Shown here piece after piece: positions 1-10,191 of a DNA stretch of 63,245 bases (position 1 is its first letter; every line of letters starts with the position of its first letter). The stretch spans positions 1 to 63,245 of the forward strand of contig NIVC01004040.1 of assembly GCA_002269645.1 (NCBI GenBank), given 5' to 3'. Position numbers and translations under genes: made by a program. Under the pieces are notes generated by a model, which had not been told where the DNA came from, did no database searches, and was given only the letters and a program-made list of their open reading frames with translations. Source of the stretch: Macrostomum lignano. Its lineage: Eukaryota.

Positions 1-692
1 ATGAGTTGCGCAGCTCAACTCACGAGGTAGCCAGCTCGCTCACACTTAGTGTTACATGTGGTCTAGATCTATACCCAAGGCTACTTTCCCTATTCTGTTT
101 CTACTCTCCGAGAAATCCGAATTATGTAAATATCCTCAATCATAACTTGTGGGGATTTCTGATGAACAAACGCCAGCCAAAATCAACAGTGCGTACTAGC
201 CCTTGGAGTGTTGTCAGTTAAGCTCCAAGCCAAACATTGGCTACACAAAACTTTCAAAATGAAAATGGAGTAAACACAGACAAGTTCAGATAACTGGATA
301 AATGACTAAGAAAGTTTGTGCTGCTTTTCATGAGTGTGAAAAACGATAAGTCGCAGATAACGTTGAGAGGGGTTGGCCGTGGGAGTTCAATTAGCGTCGC
401 GAGATCACGCCACAAGGTCCAGAGCCCACTCACCCAGCGATTTAGTCTGGAAGCGAAGAGATTGCAGACAGGGGAGGGAGGGGTATCTGCATTCTGATTG
501 GCTGTTTAGTGGCGTGGGTTGACTGCTGGTGATTGGGGTGTCGGCTTGACTTTTTAAGTCAAAATTTATTGCAAATTGTGATTTTTAACCTGCTATTTCT
601 ACTGAAGTATTTTGCACTGCAAAATTTTTAGAAGCTCTTTCTATTTTCTAAGTTTTGTTTATACTTTGTTAAAACTGAACAACTTAGCAACA

Positions 693-1908
693 ATGGCGTC
701 TACAATCACCAAGAAGATTAGATTAAAATCTCCGGCCTGAACTGGGCTACATGAATACAGCGGTTACTGGCCTTGTGACCGAGTTGAAGGAGACCAGGTC
801 CTACATGAAGAACGATGTTCGTGGCGAAGTTTTTTCATTCGTCTTGGTGGACGACTCGGCTGAGATGAGAGTCAGTCAGATGAGAGAAAGTTTGTAATAC
901 TTCCGATGCTGTTCGCGTAGCCGGCGGTATGGTAAAGACTTCGGATCCGATATACAACTGAACGAACAATCCTATGGAGGTGTCTCTTTCAGTTGACTCC
1001 AAGGGATCAATATATCGAAGCAATGAAGTTTCGACTGTTATTGAACGGGCGTGTAACTATACTGAAATAAGCGACCTTCAAAACGTACGCCTGCAAGGGT
1101 GAGTTGCATTGTATCTGTCTACTTGTATGTATTGTATAGACAGACAGTATACAATATTATTATATGTACAATAGACATAATAGTATAGACAATGTGAATT
1201 GTATATGCAATCGTGTAGCACTGTAGTGTATGTTCGGCTTTTATAAATTATTTTGACTAGATTAGCAATCCAATCTATGCCTTCATCCCTTTATGTTGGC
1301 TAGTCTAGCAGTCCATTATATTCATTCGACCATTGATGTAGGTAGGATTCAAATGAACTTCAAAAAGCGTTTTAAGGTTTTAAAATACTTTTCAAATTGT
1401 CCCCTCTTCATTGCCTTTTATTAGAAATGTTGATGTCCTTGGAGCAATCGACACACTGCAGCAGTCCGAGAAAGTCATGACGAAGGCTGGGAAGCGAATA
1501 AACGTAGCTAAAGTGACTCTTGTTGACCAGTCCTGTCGTTCTGTCTCCTGCACGTTTTGGGGGTCGTCCTCCGATCAAGCTGTCAATTGGAGTGTCGGCG
1601 ACATTTTGTCGATACGACGAGCAAAAGTACAGGAGTACGCCGGCGCTGTTGTACTTGGATGTACTTGCTCTGAAGTTCGGCTCAACTCGGACGACACCGA
1701 GGTTACGACTTTGACTGACTGGTACACGAATGCTAAGCAGAGCGATACTGAGTTTCAACCTCTGGGTGCTCCGTGTCCATCAGGCGCGGTTGGCGGCTCT
1801 TCTGACCAAAGGGGAAACAACAGGCGAGTTTTTATGCAACTACCGGTTTCGCACGAATCCTTCCGGGATGTATACGAAATTGTCTTGGACTTTGGAGAAG
1901 GAATAAAG
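693..1908 (+). pseudogene. RPA70-like OB-fold (ssDNA-binding) gene remnant, two exons (~693-1097, 1425-1908)
   Basis: Exon 1 reads TAVTGLVTELKETRSYMKNDVRGEVFSFVLVDDSAEMRV (DBD-A-like) with a frameshift and a stop. Exon 2 reads VDVLGAI...VTLVDQSCRSVSCTFWG...ILSIRRAKVQEYAG (DBD-B-like). GTGAGT donor at 1098, TTAG acceptor at 1424, GT donor at 1909. Confidence 0.7.
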
Positions 1909-2384
1909 GTGCGCGTGTTCATTGTATATGTAACTTATTTAATGTTTAGTATCTTTCTTCTGTAGTACAGATCTATGCACTCTAACTTACTACAGTATTG
2001 TGCTAGCCCTTATGGTTCCTACTGAAATTATCTCACCAAGTTGCTGCAGTTCTTTAGTTCTAACTTCTCTATCCTATAAATTGTCACTAATATATCTACT
2101 TTGAGTAGCGTTGGCAGCCCTACTCTATGACTCTTTCCTAGAGATTTCTAATTTCACACGGTTTCCTAGAACCCTTGTAATAGCGTGTAGTGCCGAGCGG
2201 TAAGACACTGTCTAATTCCCTAATTCAGTTCGAAAGTCTAGCGTTTTCCGAGGATCAAGGGTGTCCAGCAGTAGCCAATCTATTCCCCTAATGCCTAATC
2301 CCTCAACACCTAATGTCTATTATAAGCCTGTACGGTTTTCTTAGGATCTGTACGATCTCGATCTCCCTACTCCGGTTTCTATTC

Positions 2385-2582
2385 TTGGGTCTCCACGACC
2401 TCAAGTTTCCTATTCAGATCCTTAATCTTGGGTCTCCACGACCTCAAGTTTCCTAACCAGATCCCTAGTTCTGGTCTCCACAACCTCAAGTTTCCTAACC
2501 TGATCCCTAGTTCTGGTCTCCACGACCTCAAGTTTCCCTATTAGGATCCCTAGTTCTTGGTCTCCACGACCTCAAGTTTCCT
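2385..2582. repeat. Tandem repeat, 5 copies of a 42-44 bp unit (GGTCTCCACGACCTCAAGTTTCC...)
   Basis: Unit starts seen near 2387, 2430, 2473, 2515 and 2559. Confidence 0.9.
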
Positions 2583-3569
2583 TATACAGTAAATAAATTT
2601 TAAGGTTGAACTTCAATTACTAAAAGTTTCTCACAAAAGCGATTGCCAAACAAGCAGAGAAGGTTGTTTTATTTTCATTTCATTTTTTTCATTTGGTAAG
2701 TTGGGGCTATCAAGGGGCCCTGCGCATCAGCCCTGGGGAGGGCTCTTACGCAACTAATTTGTTTTAGTTTCCAGTTTGAGCGATACATTTAGTATTTTGT
2801 TGGAGAAATAAAACAAATATTTTCTAATAAATAATACAATAATGCCATTTAAAAACTTAAAACAAATAATAGAGTACAATTAATCAATATAGAGTCAATT
2901 TAAAGCAAATGGTTGAAGTATTGAGTAAAACAAATAAATATAAATAAATATGATTGATAAAACTAAAACAAATATTGGGGTGTAAATATGTACAATGAAT
3001 CACAAAGCAGTAATGTTTTGAGTGTTTTGGTTTAAAAATGGAGGCCAGCTTCTTCACTACTATTGAGAGTAGCTAGACACGGCTATGATATAGGAACCTG
3101 CCTATGTTAGTTAACCTTACGAAAACGAAGGATTCCCTGGGAGGACTTGGAGAATACCGTAAGTAGAGAGGTCCCTACCCACAGGTGAGGGTTTTGCAAA
3201 TTTTGTTAATCGGCAAACCGGACGCAACAGCATCCCAACAAAGCAAGCCCAACTGGTAAGTTCAGCATTCAGATATCCTTTCTTAGTGATAATTATAAGT
3301 AGTGGACCTGGCCCCACAATAAACAGCATTTTGGGTGAATAATGTAAAACATGTTAGAGAAGTATAAAATATAATACTGTGAGAGGGTGTAAACGTTAAA
3401 ACAGAGTGTGATTGGTACTGTACTTTGAATGTCAAGTAATTAGCACAGCATTACATAGAATCGTAAGTATTCCCGACCCCGGACAGAGGCGCTCGAGTTA
3501 TAAATTGAATCACATTTGCGTAATCTGTCTGAGTTTAGTAGTAAAGGGGACCCTGAACCCAGGTCTGGC

Positions 3570-5171
3570 CTATTCTTTGGTGTCATTTTTGAACCCATGG
3601 ATTTCACTCTCCAGGGCTTTTTTGTACCATTTTTTAGCAAGATTGAGGAGTCGATCCTTAACCATAGGCATCTTGGTGACCTGGTGTAAGTATGTGATTT
3701 TAGTATAAGGCGGAGCATCTATAGAGAGGCGAAGAGCCTTATTTTGCAGAATTTGTAACTTGTTGACAAGGGATGCCAGTAGATTGATGAGCACTGGAGC
3801 GCCGTAAGTCATTGTGCTCTCAATGTAAGATCTATAGATGAGGCGAAGAGCCAGTTGCGAAATCCTGGAGTTCTTAGCCATCCTAGCTAGCGCAGCCATT
3901 TTGGCAGTCGAAGACCAAGCTACCTTGTCGATATGGGCCCTAAAGTTAAGCTGTTTGTCAAGAACCATCCCTAGGAAGGTGACGGAATCATAGTACTTGA
4001 TTTTGTCTTGTCCAAGTTTAATTGGAGGATCGTCTGGACCTGTTTTGTTCCCATTAGCTTTGAAAAAGGAAATGGCTTTACTTTTGGAGGGATTGATGAC
4101 TATGCCCAAATTGTCAAGCCACTTTTTGAGGACAATGAAGTATGAGTTAAGCCTTTTAGCGGACATAGTGGATTTTCTGGCAGAGGCCCATACTGCTAAG
4201 TCGTCAGCGAACTGACTAAAGCGGACCTTGCTGTCAGTGGGCTTGGGTATAGAGCTAGCGAAGATGATAAAGAGCAGGGGCGAGAGCACCCCACCCTGCG
4301 GGACACCCGCCGTTGGCTGAAAGACCTCGCCCCGGGCTCCTCCAACTATAATTCGTGTCATGTTGTGCGGGATTTTACTTTTCCAGATTTTATATTTAAG
4401 GTAGTCCAGCCAGACTCCATCGAAGGCTCCTTTGACATCAAAGAAGACCCCCAACGTGTACTGCCTCAACTGAAGCATTTTCAGCACATCGTCGGTGAGT
4501 CTTACTATATTGTCATATGTGCAGTGATCGAATCTGTAGGCACATTGTTCCTCATTAATAATTCCTAGGTTTTCTAAGATAATTCTAAGGTTTTTAGCTA
4601 GAATCTTCTCGTAAAGTTTACCAACACAGGAGGTTAGGCTGATGGGTCTATAGCTTTCCACGAGATTTTTGGATTTGTTTGGTTTAGGGATCATCTTGAT
4701 GATGGCCTTTTTCCATTGTTTAGGGAAGTATCCTATGAGAAAACTAGAGTTGTAAATTTTTGCGAGCACTCTGATGGAGTCCGGGCTGAGACCATATTTC
4801 AAAACCATGTTAGGAATTCTATCCGGACCGGGAGCTCCTCCTGACCTAAGTTTTCTGCTCTCCCAGAGCACGTCCTGGTCAGTAATGTTTAGGATATCGC
4901 TTTCGATATCTTCTTTATCTGGATCAATCGGGTTCGCGTGCTCTTTATGGTATGAAAGTGCCGCGATTATATTTTTATGGGGTTTGAAGATCTCATGATC
5001 TTTGTACTTGCTGACTTTTTCGTAGATAAGCGAGTCTTGGTTGGGGTGAGATTGCATTTGATCTTTTAGAAAGTCGCTGAAGAGTGAAGCTTTTTCTGCC
5101 TCAGTCTCGGCATGCGAATCCTTGTAGACTAGAAGGGGATAGTTGATCATTTTGGACCTTTCTCCTGTCAT
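3570..5171 (-). pseudogene. LINE ORF2 reverse transcriptase (5' part frameshifted, extends to ~5575)
   Basis: Motifs APGPDRIPN, WKKAIIKMIPKP, YRPISLTSCVGK, FFDVKGAFD, GVPQGGVLSP, QFADD, FLGMVLD, LQNKALR. There is a short internal deletion before GVPQG and a premature stop at the C-terminus. Confidence 0.92.
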
Positions 5172-5695
5172 CTTTTTGATGTCAATCCAAAATTTTTTGG
5201 GTTTTTTTTGTAACTAGTTTTAGCAATTTTGTGGCATAGATCTTCGAATTTCCTATATCTATGCATACGTATGGCATTTCGTATTTCTTTAGCTGCTTGA
5301 TTGGCTTGAACTCTGAAGTCGTCTATTCTAGTTTTTTGAATAATTTTCTAATTTTCCTCCTATGCTTAATTTTGTTAATAATATCTGGGGGAAGCTGCTC
5401 CCTAGGGTCCCGGTTGGGTACAACATCCTCAATGGTGTCATGAATGCACTGATTTAGCAGATCAACCGCTTTATCTAGGTCCTCAGGTGTGGAGAATCTA
5501 CAACTGAGAAGCTGTTGGTTGCTAAGTGTTGTGTCGTGACTAGGAGCCCGTAAAAGGGCCGTTCGTCTAACTAACCTTTTCTTACTTTTTCTTACTACTC
5601 TACTTTAAGTAGTGCAGTTAATAAATTATTCGTATATTGTATTGTGAAACGTATTTTTAATCACGTGACATTTTGGCGGTTAAATTTATCGATCG

Positions 5696-7605
5696 TGTAA
5701 CAATTTACTGTTAAATATCAAATATAAGCGCGGGTTGCCCTAAGTGGAGCTCATACCTTTTTCCCGGCAAAAAAAGTCTTACCTGCCACGTACTCGTGTT
5801 TTCCTGTGTTAGTCTGTTGAGACACCACATTGGCGACGAGGATGAGCGGACCCAGCCTTCCAGCACCAGCGCCTTTTCTTCCCGTGAGCGGCCAACCGGC
5901 AGTCCCGTGGCCAAGATGGCTGGACGCGTTCGAATTCTTCTACACGGCATCCCAGTTTCGGGAGCCGGAGGGGCAATCCGAGGCGGAACCCACAAAGAGG
6001 AATCTGCTGCTCCACCTGCTCGGATTCGAAGGCCAGCGCATTGCCAAGGCGAGAAAGCACTCACGGAGGGAGATTCCTTCAAGGAGGCGAAGGCAAAGCT
6101 GGACGGGCGGGATCTTCGGAGAGAAGCCCAACGTGATGGTGGCTCGCTTCCGATTCCGCCAACGACACCAGCTGCCCGGCGAAGACGCAGAGTCCTTCGT
6201 GGCCGCGCTCAGGGAGCTGGCCGAGCCCTGCGAGTACGGAAATCTCCGAGACCAGCTCATCAGAGACCAACTGGCAGAGAAGACTGGCAGCGCTCGCATC
6301 CGAGAGCGACTGCTGACGGAAGACGCGGCTACTCTCACGCTGGAGAGGGCCCTCGCCATCGCCGTCACCATCGAGAAGGCGTCAAAGGGCTGTCAGGCTC
6401 TGATGGAGACGGAGCCCGTGCACGCGGTCCGGCAGGCGCAGAAGCCAAAGGCGAAGTGGAGCGGCGCGGCGGAGCCAGCTAAGAAAGGCCAGCAAAGTCG
6501 ACCCGCCGCCAAGGCCTGCTCTCGCTGCGGACGCAGTCACGGCGACGGCAACTGCCCAGCGAAGGGGCAGTCCTGCAACAGCTGCGGCAAAATGAACCAT
6601 TTCAGCCGTTGCTGCCGGAGCAAGGCGCTCCAAGTGACCGGCCAGGCTCAGGACGGCCCGGACGAGGCGGTCACTATATACGCCGTGCAGGGAGACGGTG
6701 AGATCCGTGCGCAGCTGCGGTTCGGACAAGCAGAGGTGCCGGTCAATACTCTGATCGACTGCGGCGCCAAGGTGTCACTGTTGAACGCCGACACGGCCGC
6801 GCTCCTGACCGAGGTGCTACCTCAGCCGACAACGATGAAGCTGCGCGCATACGGCGGCAAGCTGATCGATCTCGTGGGCCAAGCGGTGGTCCCCGTTAAG
6901 CACAACAACCGGTCGCTGCAACACCTATTCTACATCGCGAAGCACGGCGACAACATCGCAGGCCGAGACCTCATGGATAAGCTCGGTTTCCATGTGAGCC
7001 TCTCCGAGGACGTCAGCGAGGTGAACAGCGTCGTGGAGCAGCTGGAGAGGCAGTTTCCAGCGGCCCTTAGCGAGCAGATCGGCTGCTGCAGCGGAGCCGT
7101 GCACAAGCCCGTCATCGAGCAGCAGCTGGTGGAGGCCGAGCTCGACAAACTGGAAGTGGCTGGCAGCATTCGAGCGGCCAAGGAGGACTGCACGCCGCTG
7201 TCCGACGCCATCACCCAGTTCCTGGAGGTCTACCGGAGCACGCCGCACAGCCTGACGGGCAGGAGCCCCGCCGAGCTCATGCTAGGGCGATCGATGCGGA
7301 CGATGCTGACTGCCCTGGCGCCGCCCAAAGACATCAATGAGACGGACGAAGGATGGCGACTGCGCGAGACCATCTACGACCGGCAACAGCGGACCAAGCG
7401 CTACACGGACCTACGCCGCCGGGCGCGAGTCAGCGACCTCCGACCAGGCGATTGGGTCCGAGTGCGGCGGCCCATCAAGAAGGGCAAGCTGGCCACGAGA
7501 CTGTCCGGCCCGCTACAGATCATGACCAAGGCCGGCGCCGCGTACCGGCTGAGCGACGGCACGACCTGGAATCAACAGGCGTTGGTCCCCACAAGCGCTA
7601 GGGCC
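5696..7605 (+). mobile_element. Internally deleted Ty3/Gypsy (Mag-like) LTR retrotransposon with short 5' LTR (~5696/5709-5829)
   Basis: TGT...CACCACA LTR-like end followed by a primer-binding site. ORF 5830-7722 has Gag, CCHC knuckles (CSRCGRSH..C, CNSCGKMNH..C), protease LIDCGA and only the integrase C-terminus (YRSTPHSLTGRSPAELM). RT, RNase H and the integrase core are absent. Confidence 0.88.
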
Positions 7606-7722
7606 GTACCAGAGGAACAGCTGGTACAAAATATTGCGTACCAGGCCGGAGCACAACTGGTGCAGGAAACACGGTGGACAGCCGCGGACAAAGTCAAACC
7701 CGTGCAGTCGAGACAGCGGTGA
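5830..7722 (+). CDS. Gag-protease-integrase C-terminus fusion ORF (a local frame disruption in gag is likely)
   Basis: 630-aa ORF; probable start MSGPSLP after the PBS. The last ~35 aa are read antisense into the adjacent CACTA element. Confidence 0.7.
   Translation: MATRMSGPSLPAPAPFLPVSGQPAVPWPRWLDAFEFFYTASQFREPEGQSEAEPTKRNLLLHLLGFEGQRIAKARKHSRREIPSRRRRQSWTGGIFGEKPNVMVARFRFRQRHQLPGEDAESFVAALRELAEPCEYGNLRDQLIRDQLAEKTGSARIRERLLTEDAATLTLERALAIAVTIEKASKGCQALMETEPVHAVRQAQKPKAKWSGAAEPAKKGQQSRPAAKACSRCGRSHGDGNCPAKGQSCNSCGKMNHFSRCCRSKALQVTGQAQDGPDEAVTIYAVQGDGEIRAQLRFGQAEVPVNTLIDCGAKVSLLNADTAALLTEVLPQPTTMKLRAYGGKLIDLVGQAVVPVKHNNRSLQHLFYIAKHGDNIAGRDLMDKLGFHVSLSEDVSEVNSVVEQLERQFPAALSEQIGCCSGAVHKPVIEQQLVEAELDKLEVAGSIRAAKEDCTPLSDAITQFLEVYRSTPHSLTGRSPAELMLGRSMRTMLTALAPPKDINETDEGWRLRETIYDRQQRTKRYTDLRRRARVSDLRPGDWVRVRRPIKKGKLATRLSGPLQIMTKAGAAYRLSDGTTWNQQALVPTSARAVPEEQLVQNIAYQAGAQLVQETRWTAADKVKPVQSRQR
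5831..5844 (+). promoter_or_regulatory. Primer-binding site complementary to the tRNA-Ser(GCU) 3' end
   Basis: TGGCGACGAGGATG immediately after the LTR-terminal CA; it is the reverse complement of the typical eukaryotic tRNA-Ser(GCU) end ...CAUCCUCGUCGCCA. Confidence 0.75.
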
Positions 7723-9359
7723 CAGGCCACGGACACCGAGGACGTCAGTCCGAATGTCGCCACCCTGCTGTGCGTGCTGCTCAGCGAGAGTGTGAGTGTC
7801 GCTGGTCGACCGCACTACAGTCTGAACGCATCCTAGACGTCTGGCCTGATTAAGCATCGCGTCAGTAACCCCGACGCCGTAGACTCGTCCATGGCCTGAT
7901 GGATGCAATGATGTCCGGATGTAGCACTTCTCGCATCCGTAGATAGCCGAGAAACGCTTCATGCACAGAGCGTCCGCTCTCGCTGGAGCGTCGAACAGCG
8001 CCATTAGCGGATGCAGATGCAATCGACGCTGAACCCCGAGGCTGTCGATATACTGTACACCATCGAAGCGCAGAGTATTCAGTGCATTTACGACGATTGG
8101 CAGAAAGGCGGCGGCATGGACCTTTTTCTTGCCGGCCCACACGCCACACTTCATCACGAATCGGAGCTTCAGCCGCTCGTGCACTTCGTTAATACTCAGA
8201 TAGACGGGGCACACCTCGACATTGCTAGTGCAGAAAAGAGGAAATCCGTCTGCACAGATGGTGTATGTAAGGTCGCTCCGAGTCTCGGGTTCGATGTTCT
8301 CGAGAAACGACTTGTACAGTTCGCTGTTGGCAAAGTGCAGCTTCTCTTCGTCCAGTGCAAGCCGTTCAATCGGAAATGTTACGCTCTGTAGAAGACCGCG
8401 AGATTCAACGAATGTTCGGATCTGCGCAGGTATGTCGAATAACCAGAAGTTGGCCACATTTTCCGACGTACAGTGCGCACAATTAGAGTTTCCTGGATCG
8501 CAGCGCTGCTCGGAATGTAGATAACAGTCGTTGCAGACAGTGTAACATGTTGACGACCCCGAGATTGTTCCCCTCTTCTTCAAAGTTTCACGCAATGTTC
8601 GTCCGTGCTGAGGAAGGCGGTTGTCGGGTACTAGCCTGTGCAGTAGTGAAAGCAGCCTTGTCGTCCCGCTAACTGTCAGGTTCAGTTCCCTCGCGCAGGA
8701 GCTGACCTCCCAAATCGCCTCTCCGAGCGAAACGGGCAGAGCGTCGTGCCAATTGACTCCTGGAAACCCCGGGACGTCCTCGTCGTTGTCGGAGTCTGTG
8801 CTCTGGCCGTCAACAGACTGCGAACCTGGGAGGAATATATTGTGTGTGGTGAGCGTAGTGCGCATGTGTTCGGTGGACAGTGTGAGTGCAACGTGCAGGT
8901 AACACAAAAGTATCAAACATGAGCCATTGGGATGGATCCACAATCCACGATAAGCCAACTCTCTGACTGGGACTCACCACTAGAGGAAGAATCCCCGTCC
9001 GAAGTGCTGTCAGAGCTCGACACCGGGTCCCCATTGCGGCCATCGGCCTGTGCGCCACCGTCGTCGGACTCTGGATTGTCTATAGGCAGGTATACAGACT
9101 GCTCATCTCGAGATCGAGATACTGTAGATGTAGAGGCGGATCCGCTTGCAGCTGCGACGACTGCAGCAGTCCCACTGGTGCCTGCGCCGCCGGACTGGAC
9201 TTCGCCGGAGTCGACATCTGCAGAAGTTCCTGCGGTTGGACGCAGAGGTGATCGCGAACCTTCTTGTCGACTATTTGAATTGGCCAACGCACGCTGCCGC
9301 ATGTACTCTCGCATGTACTGCCTCCGCTGTAACCGCGGCGGTAAATCTGAATTGTCCAT
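7600..9359 (-). pseudogene. EnSpm/CACTA-type transposase (Transposase_21-like), C-terminus lost
   Basis: CxxC clusters (CNDC..CAHC), ADGFPLF...CPVY, FDAPARA, YGCEKC and LHQLCSGLVR, all typical of animal CMC transposases. Confidence 0.8.
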
Positions 9360-10191
9360 GCAGTTTGCGAGTCGTGCAGTACTGAAAGAGATTGGGTTGG
9401 TTTATGATGTCTAGATGCGCATATTCACTGTAGCACTATCTGCTGTGTGACCTATTCATCTATCCACGTATAGAATGGACGACATGTTTCTGAATTTCTG
9501 CATTTCAGTAACAACTCGGACGAGACCAATTTTGTCCAACAATACCCGCTGTTTCCAAGACCTCTATGATCCCTATCTAACATAGTGTACTATCTAATGT
9601 GTTGCACACATGCAAAAGATGCGAAGGCATCGAACAACATCGAAGTCTCCCATCAAAATCAGAACGTGGGAAATGTCATACGGAGAAGTATATTTTTCTG
9701 TAGAACTTGGAGCATAAGAAATAGAACACGTTGTGCTGCTGTTTCTGGAACATGTGTTACAAACTGTGGGCATACAAGTAGGAGAAAGGTGCCATTTTCC
9801 ACTATTCAATTCCACGTGCTCCACTATCACCCGGAAACATATCCGCTCTTCGTCCGGTTGTTAGGCGGGCGACAGCCCGGATTAAAATGCGGATGACTTT
9901 TCGGACGACAGTGACAATTCATCCGGCTAGTCATCCGTAAAGTCATCCGACGCTTCATCCGGTTTTTGTCCGGGTAAACAAGCGGATATAATTCCGGACT
10001 AAAATGGACCAATTAAGTAAAAAAATCACCACTTTGTCCGGCTCTGATCCGGAAACTGGCCCGCTACTTTGTCCGGCAGCTTAAACCGGATGAATACCGG
10101 ACGAAAAGCTGCATTTGTCCGGAATCGACCACCAAACGCGGACCAATGCGGACGACGGCCGGACGACAACCGGATCGGCTATCCAGGCGGG
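7600..10191 (-). mobile_element. CACTA/EnSpm (CMC) DNA transposon, 3'-truncated
   Basis: Minus-strand terminus CCCGCCTGGATAGC at 10191 followed by dense subterminal TCCGG/CCGGA repeats (9830-10180). Transposase ORFs 8913-9359 and 7513-8958. Confidence 0.75.

Noticed and set aside
1-2000. Helitron call based on the RPA-like gene
   Set aside because: No Rep/helicase motifs or Helitron termini are visible in the window.
1961-2651. Solo LTR (TGTAGT...AAACA)
   Set aside because: It has an LTR-like start and internal repeats but no matching TSD or secure right end, so it is left uncalled.
2690-2750. Hammerhead ribozyme near CTGATG on the minus strand
   Set aside because: The core reads CUGAUGC rather than CUGANGA, and there is no properly placed GAAA/stem III.
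5831-5844. tRNA gene
   Set aside because: Only 14 nt complementary to a tRNA 3' end; it is a primer-binding site with no cloverleaf.
5796-7601. Multiple overlapping ORFs around the Gypsy gene
   Set aside because: These are shadow ORFs of GC-rich coding sequence; one probably holds a short piece of true gag across a frameshift.
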